Both the position numbers and the translations under genes were made by a program. Positions 26,540 to 38,765 of a stretch of DNA of 64,000 bases are shown here, piece by piece. Within the stretch, counting starts at the first letter, position 1. The number at the start of each line of letters is the position of its first letter. Source of the DNA: Selaginella moellendorffii (lineage: Eukaryota > Plantae > Lycopodiophyta); contig NW_003314279.1 of the NCBI RefSeq assembly GCF_000143415.4, positions 978,091 to 1,042,090 of the forward strand. The letters are read 5' to 3'. The notes below the pieces were generated by a model. That model was not told the DNA's origin. It was given only the letters and a program-made list of their open reading frames with translations, and did no database searches.

Positions 26540-27308
26540 GTCGGTCATCAAAAGAGATCAAGGTTTTATATATAAATATCAAAGAAATGTTAGAAAAAAG
26601 TGTTATTCAAAAGTTACAGAGTTTTTAAGCATATGAACTTTATCTTGCGACGAAGTGTAATAAGAGTATTTGTTTTTGTACCAATTATTATTTGTTAAAT
26701 GAAGTGATAATCTCAAATGTATACCCTTTTCCTCACATTGTTAATCTTCTAGATTGTCTACAAAAACAGTATTGGTTCACTAAGTTAAATTTTGCTTTTA
26801 GGTATTAACAAGAGTTAATAGCTAAAAAAGATTTTCCCCAGATTGCTTTTCGTACACTATTTAGTTTATACAAGTTCTTGGTGATGCCATTTGGTTTAAA
26901 CAATGTTTCAGCAACTTTCTAATGAATGATAAACAAGGTTCTTTGCAATATGTTGGAAATGACTATTAATTTCATTGATGATGTTTTAATCCACTTGGAG
27001 AGGATATAAGAGAAATACATTTGTGATATTTGTAAGATATTGGATCAGCTACGAGAAATTAGTTTAAAGTTGAAGAGATCAAAGTGCATGTTTGAGTCTA
27101 AAAACACCATTTATCTTAGTATTGTATTTCTCATGTGATTCTGAAAAATTTATGAATATTCTTAATTTCCCTACTCCAAAATGTGTGAATGATGTGTAGT
27201 GCTACTTAGGCAAGGTGCAATATCTCAATCGTTTCATTAACTATCTTTCTAATTATATTGCACCATTGCGAGCATTATTGAAATTATTAACATTGTATTT
27301 CCTTTAGT
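26540..27308 (+). mobile_element. Old Ty3/gypsy reverse transcriptase relic (left part, interrupted by younger LTR element)
   Basis: AT-rich degenerate reading NVYPFPHIVNLLDCL..WFTKLNFA..AFRT..YKFLVMPFGLNNVSATF..FIDDVLI with many stops. Confidence 0.8.
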
Positions 27309-27977
27309 TGTGAGACACAAAATCCCTAGGCCCCAAAGTGGAGCCGGAAGGGCGCCACATGGTAGTGGCCGAAGCGAGAGCCAAACGAGTGTAACACGTG
27401 TGGACCAAAAGCTCCGACTTGAAAAGTCAAGAGCGGGAGTGGAACTCCCAACGAAGTGCTCGAGGAACGAGCACGAAGGGAGCAAAAGGCGAGGCTCCAA
27501 AAAGAGACCCAAAAGGACCAACACATGACACGTGGGAGTGTCTGAGATGGACTCGAGTTGGAGTCCGAAGAGGAGTCCGAGATGGACCCGAGTTAGAGTC
27601 CGAAGTGGAGTCCAAGATGGACCCGAGTTGGAGTCCGAAGAGGAGTCCGAGATGGACCCGAGTTGGAGTCCGAGATGGAGTCCGAGATGGACCCGAGATG
27701 GAGTCCGAGATGGAGTCCGAAGTGGAGTCCGAGGTGGACCCGAGATGGACCCGAGTTGGAGTCTGAAGTGGAGTCCGAGATGGACCCAAGATGGAGTCCG
27801 AGATGGAGTCCGAGATGGAGTCCGAGGTGGACCCGAGATGGACCCGAAATGGAGTCCGAGATGGAGTCTGAGATGGACCCGAGATGGAGTCCGAGATGGA
27901 GTCCGAGATGGACCCGAGATGGAGTCCGAGATGGAGTCCGAGATGGAGTCCGAAGTCGAGACCGAGACCGAGACCGG

Positions 27978-28009
<32 letters not shown>

Positions 28010-29148
28010 TCGGGACCGAGACCGAGACCGAGGCCGAGGCCGAGACCGAGGCCGAGACCGAGCCCGAGCCCGAGTCCGAGTCCGAATCCGAGTCCGAGTC
28101 CGAGTCCGAGTCCGAGTCCGAGTCCGGAGCCTGAGAGGGTGAAAGCCCAAAGCGTTCGTCTCCCAGACCCTGGGGGGTTTGGTGAGCTCCAAAAGTATAG
28201 TAGGGGGAGGACTGCAGTGGAGCCAGTTTGGCCAGGAAAGGCCAGTTTGGCCAGGAAAGGCCAGTTTGGCCTAGGAAGGCCGGACCCAGTGTTGGGTGAT
28301 GAGCTGCCCACTGGGAAGTCCAAGACTAGAGTGAACATGGACCGACAAGCGGGGTAGCTTGGTGAAGTGTTCAAGAGCCGGCTCTAGTTCCCCCGGGAGA
28401 TCGTCTGGCCGATGCTCCCAGTCCAAGTGTGGGTGGCACTACCTACTTGGATACCTGGTGTGGCTCAACGGAACCCGCTCTAAGCCCATGGCTAGAGCAC
28501 CTAAAGGTGAAAGGCGGGGAGAGTACCCATGAGGCTTGCCTAAGGCCACGGTGTTCCGAAATGTTGTCCCAAAGGCCCAGACTATGGAAAGGAAGAGGAG
28601 CAGTCCTCTGGGGTAGTGACCAAGGACACAGTCGTGTGGTGAGGAAGTCCCAGAGGACCGTGGGACTTAGTGGTCGGGCCTGTGGGTCTCGATCCAGTGG
28701 CAGTGTTGGCAAACACGGCTAGGGGCAGAAAGGGACTTAGTGGGGACTGACAGAGGGATATTGGGGAAGGCTATTCCCCTTGTCGGTGGGCATCCTAAGG
28801 ATGCTAAGGAGTGGATCTGAGATGACCACTCACGGATGGTTTGCCTAGTCTTGGAGAGCCAAGACGGTGATGCAAGTGGTATTGGACTACCAGTGTGGCA
28901 AAGGTGATTGGGCATGGCCTTAGCGTAACGGGCTGCTATATCGGTGGTACCTTTGAGTGTCGGTCATGGGATCGGACACGTGGTGCACTTGGACCAAGTG
29001 CAAATGTTGAGTGGCATGGATGCCATTCTCGGGGCTAGCAAGTCCCAAGTCCTGGATTGGACTTATGGAAGTTGTGAATGAGACTCCTCCAAGTGGTCAG
29101 AGGTGTGGTTAAGTGACTAAAGTAGAATGGAAAATTTAGTCGCTTACA
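27309..29148 (+). repeat. 5' LTR (1840 bp)
   Basis: Starts TGTGAGACAC and ends GTCGCTTACA; near-identical to 33259-35044. Confidence 0.95.
27543..28127 (+). repeat. Tandem repeat array in 5' LTR: 11/12-bp GGAGTCCGAGAT/GGACCCGAGAT units grading into 6-bp CCGAGA/CCGAGT units
   Basis: Directly visible; source of the spurious repetitive ORFs in the track. Confidence 0.95.
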
Positions 29149-29151
29149 ATT

Positions 29152-29163
29152 TGGTATCGGAGC
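29152..29163 (+). other. Primer-binding site (initiator tRNA-Met type)
   Basis: TGGTATCGGAGC, 3 nt after the LTR end; one mismatch to canonical TGGTATCAGAGC. Confidence 0.85.
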
Positions 29164-32100
29164 TGTTCCTTAGTCCGACTTTTATTGGTGCTCAAGTATA
29201 TCACCACTGGTGTTGGCATCGGAAGGTCCGAAGAGTGGGCCTATCCTTGAGGAGTAGCAGGTCGGGAAGACATGGCTCTCCATTACAGTTCATGTATGAA
29301 CTTGTAGACAAGGTGGTGGATAGAAAAGGGGCCAATAATGGAACGACTTTGGGATCTTGGGAACAGTGCAAGGTTGTCCTCATTGAGTTGAGGATGTGAT
29401 CCAGATGAGAGTTTGACTTAGCAAACTGGCTAATATAGTTATGGCAAATAACTATAGTTGGGATCACGGGAAAGATAGAGACTCCAAAACAATAAAGGAG
29501 TCACAAGTTTATCCTCACATGGTTGAGGCTGGTGCTCATGAAGGTGAGACCGGAATGGATGACCGTGAGAGGTCAAGTATGGATAAGGACACGAGTCCTC
29601 GAAATGGTAGCCGGGGCTACCTTTAATAAATGCTGGAACAACCCAAGGAGTTGGGGGTGTATTAAGTGGATGAGTTGGTATTCTCATCACATGGACAAGT
29701 AGTCCTAAGGGGCAAAGGTTGCCCCCAGAGAACAAAATCAAGTGTCGGAGTAACACTTGTGAAAATAGTCCTTTTGAGTAGGACAGGAATGCAAGAAGTG
29801 TATTCCAGTGAGCTAGTGCCTCACAAGTAGGACCTTACGGGTTTGTGGATTAACTAAGTCCAAAACTGCTGGATGACTCAAGTAGAGTCAATGGATGGTC
29901 CTAAAAGGACTGATGGAAGCCTTTGGACTGTGGTTTGTTGTACCCCACAAAGGATGGGGGGGGGGATCATAGGATCCAAGGATGAGAACAGAGGGTATCT
30001 CATCGATGGCAAAATGTGCCATGCTAAAGTTATGGGAAAAGGTGTTCCCAGAAGAAAACAACTTTGACATAAAGTTGTGTGTGACCTCTATGGTGCAGTG
30101 CCAACGGATGGTTGGCATGAGAAAGAGCGGTGTTGGTCTTGGCAAAGACTTAGACACGAAGGGGAAATGTCATAGAGGTAGGCTCGTGGAGCCGATGGTG
30201 TGGAGACACCAAATGTGCCAAGGTGTGATACCTTGAGGCTATGTTGGTGGGTTCATGAGAACCCCTTGCCAAAGGAATCCCAATGGAAATGGGAATGGCA
30301 TAGCCTAAGCTGTAGAGCATGCAGTTGGAGTGTGGTGACCCAGATAATGATGGAGGTGTGAAAGCACCAAAACAATGAGTTGTAGGACTTGACAACTATG
30401 AGGAAACTAAGCAAGAGGTGCAAAATAACTGGTTGAACGGGTAGAAGGTAGCTACCCAAGACTTCTTAATAGCATAGGGAAGTCGGATACACCCTTACGG
30501 GAGATAAGTTGCTTGTGTTGCGATATAGTAAGTCAATGTCATAAAAGGAAATACTCATTGTCAAGAAAGCCATCATTGGGACACCCGAACACTCTAGAAC
30601 ACCAGAAGGTGGTGTTTGATGTCGCGAGGGCAATGGATAAAGCCCAAGGGACTAAGTCCCTAGCGAATGATGGATAGAAGGTGCTATCCTAATGTCCAAG
30701 GTTGCGGAGACAGGAGAGGACTGTCTACCCGAGTTGGACAAAGCCAAAAATGGAATTTTGGCAAGGCTAGTGATGGGCATGGAAAGGCCCATAAGCAACA
30801 ATGTAATCCCAGTGTGTGGGATTATAAGGTGAGCATACCCGGATTAAGGAACCACTCCCTGGGCTATTGGGTAGGTTCATCCCTAAGAATACTTGCTAAG
30901 GCATGATAAAAAGTGCAAAGCTATCCTCCTGGTCTGGAGGAAAATAACCAAAGGAAACATATGGGGCCAAAAGGCAAGTAGTATTGGGATGGAACTGAAC
31001 CATAGAAATCGAAGGGCATAACCAAGGTTGATTATACCAGCTGGGAGTGGAGAATCAAGTGGGGGCTCGAGGGTGTTGCCGCTAGCAACCGTGATGCCAT
31101 GGAGAGTCTAAAATATGGAATTGTCCATGTTAGACTATGTGGCAATTGGAAAGCTTGCAAAAAGGGAGGCCTTAGCAAGCTAAGGGACAGAGTTCCTTCA
31201 AGGTTCCCAAAGACGATTCTAGGTAGCTTAGTACCTAGAAAGGCCAAGTGTAAATGGTTCATAGAATGTGCGAAATCAGAGTGGCGCAGCAGAAGCGTGG
31301 TCTTGAAGCTTGCCATGAGGCAAGGCTGTCAAGGTTAGGGAAGTAGTTCCCGAGTGTTCAAAGAGAGGGCTTTGAACGAAAGTTGATGGTTAAGGACTTC
31401 CACGCTTATGCATGAACCATGTTACAGTGGCCGGATGACTTGCTAAGCGAGATTGGCAAGTCAGGGGAAACAAATACCCTAGTTGAAGGCGATAACTTCA
31501 AAAAGGGTGGGCCCATGGGGCCAAGCATGGAGGAGTCCATGCATGATCACAGATATGTCAAGTGAGAGGACTTGGCAGTGTGGGGGAACTAGGTTCCTAA
31601 GCTGTGATCTGTAGCGCGCTTTAAAAATAATAAGTTGGTGCACCGGCGTGGGGAGTCACGCCAGGCATCTTGTGTGATGCCGTCCGTAGATGCATATACG
31701 GAGGTTGGGTTCGAGTCCCGACCCTCTAGTGCTTGGGTTCGAGTCCCAAATCACTAGGGCGTGGTGATGGTTTGGAATATGAGGACATTCATATTTCGGT
31801 GGTCATGGACTCTCAGTGGGGAGACTGGTTTGGGCACACCGCCAAGCGAGGGATGCCTCGGAGTCGTGATGCACGGTTAGATTGCTTAGTGTGAAAGCTC
31901 AGCATATCTAACTTGAACGCTTTGGTGCAAGTGGCACCAAGGTCGTGGTGAGTGAGATGGGGACACCTAATCTCAGTTGCTATAAACCCTTGGCCGTAAG
32001 GGCTGGCTTGGGTGCACCGCCAAGTGTGGGGGATGCCCCCGGGGTTATAGTCAACAACTTGGAGGTCTAGAAGACCAAGTACCTCTTGGCAACTCTGTTA

Positions 32101-33245
32101 AGGTGCCAAGGTGAGATCACTAGGTGATCTTATGGCCAGATAAGGACAAGGTCCTTGGTTGGCTAAGGAATGAAGTTCCTGGTTCAAAATGTTGAAATTG
32201 AACTGTTTAAGGTGGTGTGGCTTGGTCGTGATGACCAAGTGGGAAGAGCACCTAAGGGAAATAAACTATGTCCATGCGATGGCATAGTGAGTCCGAGGAA
32301 AGTAGTCTCTATAAAAGACCCATGGGAGGGTCACGAAGTTGGGCCGTGGATAGAGCCCATAGCAGAAGATGCTAAAGAGACATACTAGGGGTGAACATCC
32401 TCCGGACTTGGCAAAGAAGAGTCTTTGCAATAAAACCAAAACAATACCTCAAGAAGGGAGGTAGAGATTCGATGTTGCTTGGTGCAACAATCAACGGATA
32501 GGAGCAAAAGATGAGTGGCCAAGATAGGGCCGTGGAATACCTTGGAAGGAATCCAAGTGACAAAGTTAGGCGAGGAACACTAATGTGTTGGACGCTAACA
32601 AGTTGCGGGAAAGGAAGTGTGTTTCCAATGAGGGATTCCGAAATGCTCCGATTTGGCGAAAGTGGAAGCTCCAAGGGAGGGAGCGGTAAGGTAGCCAAAT
32701 GATAGGGCCATGACCAGCCCTAGCACAAAGTATGATAACTAGAACTTTGGCACAAAATAGAAGAGAGGATGATGGTGCCCTCGAGTAGAGAACTTCCTAG
32801 GATGGGAAGTGGAGTTGCATAAAAAGGTGCAAGGCAAGGTGTCGGAGACACCTAGGAAATTGACTCCAAGAAGTCAAAATTCAAAGTTCCAAAGTGCAAA
32901 GGTTATATCAATGGAAATCGAGACTACTCGAGAAGGAGTAGTGGGATTGACTTAGAGAAGGGTCTCTAAGAGGTTTAGCGAGGACTAAACCAATAAAAGG
33001 AGAGAACCACTACATGTGGTCCAATCAGTCTCTAAGTTGGAGAGACTACCCTCCTTAGAGGATATGCAAAAGGCATGGTGAGCCTTCAATGTCCAACCAT
33101 TGACGAATGTGGAGAAGGCATGGTGAGCCTTCAAGGTCACACCATTGACAAATATTGGCTACGCGCCAAGGATGGAAATGGTAACACATGCGGGTGTTAC
33201 TTTATAAAATGGTTCACCGTTCGATGAGGACATCGAACTTCGTCT

Positions 33246-33258
33246 ATGGGTGGTGGAG
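33246..33258 (+). other. Polypurine-tract-like element
   Basis: ATGGGTGGTGGAG immediately 5' of the 3' LTR TG. Confidence 0.7.
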
Positions 33259-33904
33259 TGTGAGACACAAAATCCCTAGGCCCCAAAGTGGAGCCGGAAG
33301 GGCGCCACATGGTAGTGGCCGAAGCGAGAGCCAAACGAGTGTAACACGTGTGGACCAAAAGCTCTGACTTGAAAAGTCAAGAGCGGGAGTGGAACTCCCA
33401 ACGAAGTGCTCGAGGAACGAGCACGAAGGGAGCAAAAGGCGAGGCTCCAAAAAGAGACCCAAAAGGACCAACACATGACACGTGGGAGTGTCTGAGATGG
33501 ACTTGAGTTGGAGTCCGAAGAGGAGTCCGAGATGGACCCGAGTTGGAGTCCGAAGTGGAGTCCAAGATGGACCCGAGTTGGAGTCCGAAGAGGAGTCCGA
33601 GATGGAGTCCGAGATGGACCCGAGTTGGAGTCCGAGATGGAGTCCGAAGTGGAGTCCGAGGTGGACCCGAGATGGACCCGAGTTGGAGTCCGAAGTGGAG
33701 TCCGAGATGGACCCGAGATGGAGTCCGAGATGGAGTCCGAGATGGAGTCCGAGGTGGACCCGAGATGGACCCGAAATGGAGTCCGAGATGGAGTCCGAGA
33801 TGGACCCGAGATGGAGTCCGAGATGGAGTCCGAGATGGACCCGAGATGGAGTCCAAGATGGAGTCCGAGATGGAGTCCGAAGTCGAGACCGAGACCGAGA
33901 CCGG

Positions 33905-33936
<32 letters not shown>

Positions 33937-35044
33937 TCGGGACCGAGACCGAGACCGAGGCCGAGGCCGAGACCGAGCCCGAGCCCGAGTCCGAGTCCGA
34001 ATCCGAGTCCGAGTCCGAGTCCGAGTCCGAGTCCGAGTCCGGAGCCTGAGAGGGTGAAAGCCCAAAGCGTTCGTCTCCCAGACCCTGGGGGGTTTGGTGA
34101 GCTCCAAAAGTATAGTAGGGGGAGGACTGCAGTGGAGCCAGTTTGGCCAGGAAAGGCCAGTTTGGCCTAGGAAGGCCGGACCCAGTGTTGGGTGATGAGC
34201 TGCCCACTGGGAAGTCCAAGACTAGAGTGAACATGGACCGACAAGCGGGGTAGCTTGGTGAAGTGTTCAAGAGCCGGCTCTAGTTCCCCCGGGAGATCGT
34301 CTGGCCGATGCTCCCAGTCCAAGTGTGGGTGGCACTACCTACTTGGATACCTGGTGTGGCTCAACGGAACCCGCTCTAAGCCCATGGCTAGAGCACCTAA
34401 AGGTGAAAGGCGGGGAGAGTACCCATGAGGCTTGCCTAAGGCCACGGTGTTCCGAAATGTTGTCCCAAAGGCCCAGACTGTGGAAAGGAAGAGGAGCAGT
34501 CCTCTGGGGTAGTGACCAAGGACACAGTCGTGTGGTGAGGAAGTCCCAGAGGACCGTGGGACTTAGTGGTCGGGCCTGTGGGTCTCGATCCAGTGGCAGT
34601 GTTGGCAAACACGGCTAGGGGCAGAAAGGGACTTAGTGGGGACTGACAGAGGGATATTGGGGAAGGCTATTCCCCTTGTCGGTGGGCATCCTAAGGATGC
34701 TAAGGAGTGGATCTGAGATGACCACTCACGGATGGTTTGCCTAGTCTTGGAGAGCCAAGACGGTGATGCAAGTGGTATTGGACTACCAGTGTGGCAAAGG
34801 TGATTGGGCATGGCCTTAGCGTAACGGGCTACTATGTTGGTGGTACCTTTGAGTGTCGGTCATGGGATCGGACACGTGGTGCACTTGGACCAAGTGCAAA
34901 TGTTGAGTGGCATGGATGCCATTCTTGGGGCTAGCAAGTCCCAAGTCCTGGATTGGACTTATGGAAGTTGTGAATGAGACTCCTCCAAGTGGTCAGAGGT
35001 GTGGTTAAGTGACTAAAGTAGAATGGAAAATTTAGTCGCTTACA
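33259..35044 (+). repeat. 3' LTR (1786 bp), with its own copy of the tandem array (~33493-34042)
   Basis: TGTGAGACAC...GTCGCTTACA followed by TSD TTAGT. Confidence 0.95.
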
Positions 35045-35049
35045 TTAGT

Positions 35050-35800
35050 CTGTAAATTGTGAGTGGGCATTTATAGATTTCAAAGAGTTGTTAACAATTC
35101 TTCTAATTTTAGCATATTACAATCAATAGAGGTGAATTATTCCATGATAGAGAATGAGTGTTTAGCAACAATTTAGAGTTTTTAGAAACTTTATACATAT
35201 CTATATAATTCTTGGACATTACTAAAAGGTGATCATGTTGCATTTATTTTATTATTAAAGTGAAATAATTTAGTTGGTTGTACTGTTTAGTGGGCTTTAA
35301 ATCAAATATATAATTTTAATTCTGTTAATCATTTAAGGAGTTTTATAATTGATGTTGATATTCTTTCCTAAGTTCTTCTTCCTCTTTCACTTTCTTTTTA
35401 TGTTTTTGACAAGTTTATTTCAACATTTATAGATTTTTTGAATAAAGTTTCTATAAGGTCAATAGTTGTTGTAGCGTGATAGATTTGAAAATCTTGTATC
35501 ATTTGTTAATAATTTGCCATTTGGTATTTACATTCTCAATATCATCTTGAGAATGATTTTCTTTATTTTGAGAGATGAATCTTAATGATCATTTATGGCT
35601 GGTGGTGCTTTTCAATTTTTGTTCCATGCTTTCTCTATACTTACTATGATTCATTTATTTTACGCAGACATATGAGACATCGTTATATGATTGAAAAGCT
35701 GCACAAGTTTTTTTATTAGCTGAAAATGTAATATAAAGTTATCTAATATATATATAAATATATTTGGTGCTAAATTCATATTACTCCCTCTCATGTTATG
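35050..35800 (+). mobile_element. Old Ty3/gypsy relic, right part (RNase H / integrase N-terminal remnants)
   Basis: Degenerate IEVNYSMIENECLATI..KLYTYLY..LKGDH, the gypsy RNase H pattern; continues the RT relic across the insertion. Confidence 0.65.
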
Positions 35801-35964
35801 AAATGATGGTTGGAGTCAATTGCAATTTCCCGTCCATTTAAATTAATAACATTTGATCTAATAAAACATTTTCCAAAGTTGACTATTAGCAATGAATATA
35901 TCATTATTACTTCTAATTAATTGGACTCACTAGATTTGCTCAAGGTTGAGTGTGCCCTTAAGAG

Positions 35965-36925
35965 TCGTTTCAAACACCAAAAGGCTGCACAGCTCACTTT
36001 GGAGCACTTTTTACTCATCAAAGGATGATGGCCTAAAGAGTTCTCCACGGTTTCAATGTGATTGAAAACTGTTTAAAGCACTGAGAGGCGCTTCTTACAT
36101 CGGTCCAGCTCCACTTTTCATTTCTCGTGTGTTATACTCAAAACATTTTTCATCCTTCTCGCAGCTATGCTGTTGCTGCTCAACCGAAGAAACTGTTTGC
36201 AGCAAACTATAAGTACCCTCTCTAACCAAATTCTCAATCTGCTCAATGTCAGTGTTTGTCGAAGCAGCCATGTTTCGTTCTCCCTGTCGCAGCATCAATA
36301 CCAAAAGTTACAAATGCAAAACCACGAGTTTATATCACCCTGAAGCTGCATTCTGTGGCCAAATCGTCGTATACCGTTGCTCCAGCCTTGATCCAGAACC
36401 AGTGATCGAGCAGCTTGTTGTCTCTGGCAACTGCATAACCCAATGCCCGCTTCACAACAAACAAACAAAGAAAAAGAAAAGAGAAAAACTACTCACCGAC
36501 CTTTTCAGAAGAAGCTGATGCGATGGCTTGCTGAAGCAATGTGGAAACTTGGAGGAGCTCGGCCGTAGCATTGCCATCAGCCATATATAAGCTTCGCAAA
36601 TTCAGCTTCATCCTGGTCTTGAGAAACTAAGATCCACTTAAACAAAAACCTTAGAAAGGAAAGAGAGCAAAAATTTCGAGAAGGCACACCAGAAAGTGGT
36701 CACTTCGTCGCCGTGGAGCTGGACTTCCTACAAATTCTATCTTCCAAGTCCAAAGAGCGCGAGATTATTACCTCGAAAGAAGCCACAGCTCGCCACTGTA
36801 TCACAATGTGGAGTCCGGAAGCTCTCCATTGACAGGCCATCGCCCGGAAATCCTGATTCGATGAATCCTGGCGCTCGAAAGAGGGTTAGATCGAGAAAGA
36901 AGAAGATCGTGTCGCCATCGCCATC
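35965..36925 (-). pseudogene. CLUAP1: CLUAP1/IFT38 pseudogene (duplicate of 22124-23785)
   Basis: High similarity (MAASTNTDIEQIENLVREGT, LSMESFRTPH, MKLNLRSLYMAD) with deletions, frameshifts and missing 3' exons. Confidence 0.88.
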
Positions 36926-37102
36926 GCTAGCCCTAAAACTTTGCCCGCGCTCCACATCCAACGGCCAAAGATCCAACGGTGGCGATCTGGCGCGTTAAAC
37001 CCCTACCACGAAGAACAAAAGAACGTTTCTTTCTCGGCGGGGGAGCTCGCGGCGGCAAATGTAGGCGCTCGCTCGATCGACCGCGTGTCCGGAGGAGAAA
37101 AT

Positions 37103-38195
37103 ATGACGCTCGCCGGCGCAATTCGCACTGTCATGGGGATCATCGGTAATCTTTCTTCTTTCTCCCGATTTCCTCTTTCTCTCTCGATCTCGCCGATCCT
37201 GATTGTGGAGAGCGCTCCCCGCAGGAAATGTGATCGCTTTCGGCCTCTTCCTGTCCCCTGCGTAAGATCCTCGCTTTCTTGATCCCTGGCCCCTGGGGTT
37301 TTGGCTATGGCTGGCATTGACGAGGCCTTGACGGGCTCTGACGTGTGCTTGACAGGCCAACCTTCCGGAGTATCGTCAAGAACCACACCACGGGCGACTT
37401 CTCGGGAGCCCCTTACGTCGCGACGCTCTTCAACTGCTTGCTCTGGGTGCTCTACGGCCTTCCCTTCGTTACTTCCAACAGCGTGCTCGTGATCACGATC
37501 AATACAATCGGCTGTGTGATCGAGAGCGTCTATCTGGGGATCTTCCTCTTCTACGCCTCCAAGAGAATCGAGAAGGTAGGGGAGAGTTCGTGTGAAAGTT
37601 TTCTATCGTAGTTACTTTGCTTGTTATTTACAGGCCAGAGTAGCCGGGATGATCAGCATCGTCTTGACGGTTTACTTGGGGATTGTTTTGGCTGTTTTCA
37701 TGGCTTCCAAGGACCATCACACACGCCGGAAGTTTGCTGGGATTTGCTGCGCTGTAGTCACCATTGCAATGTATGCTTCTCCTCTTTCCATCATGGTAAG
37801 TCTGGACTTTGATCGAGTTCCATCAACTTTACTTCGATTTGTTTCGTCCAGAGAACAGTGATTTCTACCAAGAGTGTCCAATACATGCCCCTCCTGCCGC
37901 TCGTGGCCGGGCTTTTCAATGGAGCTACCTGGACTGCGTATGGATTCCTGGGACAACCACACGACTACTACATTGTGGTAGGCATTGCTCGACTCGTTTT
38001 TTATTTGGAGCTCAATTCATTGAAAGCCTGCTCACTCTCTAGGTGCCAAATCTTGTTGGAGCTTGCCTGGCGGTGATTCAGCTGATCTTGTATGGTTTCT
38101 ACTCGCGTACTGGAAAGCCACGGCCAATTGTGAAAGATCTTTGGCCTCGTATCGAGCACCACGCTGGATGCTGCAACCAGCAAGCAGCAGTCTGA
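37103..38195 (+). CDS. SWEET: SWEET/MtN3 sugar transporter, clade II-like (6 exons), paralog of 11346-12526
   Basis: MTLAGAIRTVMGIIG / NVIAFGLFLSPA / PTFRSIVKNHTTGDFSGAPYVATLFNC / MYASPLSIM / TKSVQYMP / VPNLVG..QQAAV*. Confidence 0.95.
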
Positions 38196-38765
38196 TCATC
38201 CAACGACGACCAAGCAGTCAATAAGCGAAGCAAGTTTTGCTCTAGTTTTTCCCCGACCTCCCTCGCTGAGCTTGCAATGGCGGAATATTTTACTGCGGCT
38301 TTCTGTGTACTTCTCTATGAAATATAGATCACGAGCTCGGAACGTCTGACATAAATCGTTATCTACTTTCACAGGAAGTTGGAAGACAAGGGAGCAAAAC
38401 GCATACTCAGGCATTCTCCACAACACCCCCTATTTCGTGAAGTGCATTGTAGCTTTCCATAATGCAACTAGAAAAGGGCTTTCCATGGCCAAAAAAATAA
38501 AAAATAAAAAATGAAAAACTAATGACTTTCGGCACAAAGTGGGAGATGGTCAAAGTCGTTTCTCGAGTGCCTTTGAATATCGTAGCAGTGCGGTACTAAT
38601 TGTAAACCTGTGAACAAGAGCTCCAGAACGTGGTAAGAAGAACATCCAACGCAGCAAAACTGGAAGTCGTGGATTCTATGACTCTTTCCCAAGCGTATTG
38701 CAGTTTTTTCGATGGTATAACTAGTTTAAATGTTATGTTTAAGACCAGAATTCCAAATTGATCTC

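Larger units (their letters stand above)
27309..35044 (+). mobile_element. Structurally complete but non-coding LTR retroelement (~7.7 kb, LARD/non-autonomous type)
   Basis: LTRs 27309-29148 and 33259-35044, both TG...CA; 5-bp TSD TTAGT (27304-27308 and 35045-35049); PBS after the 5' LTR; purine-rich tract before the 3' LTR; no long gag/pol ORF in the 4.1-kb interior. Confidence 0.95.

Noticed and set aside
27543-28127. CRISPR-like regularly spaced repeats
   Set aside because: Contiguous tandem units with no unique spacers, no cas genes, eukaryotic context, and duplicated as part of LTRs.
27398-28374. Long repetitive ORFs (RD/RS/ESE/GL repeats) here and at 33244-34270
   Set aside because: They are translations of the LTR tandem array, open in nearly all frames on both strands; no evidence of protein coding.
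31701-31758. tRNA gene call
   Set aside because: Only T-arm-like hairpins are present; no acceptor, D or anticodon arms could be folded by eye. Reported as a finding instead.
29164-33245. gag/pol CDS inside the LTR element
   Set aside because: Only ORFs of about 110 aa or less with no RT, RNase H or integrase motifs that I could identify.
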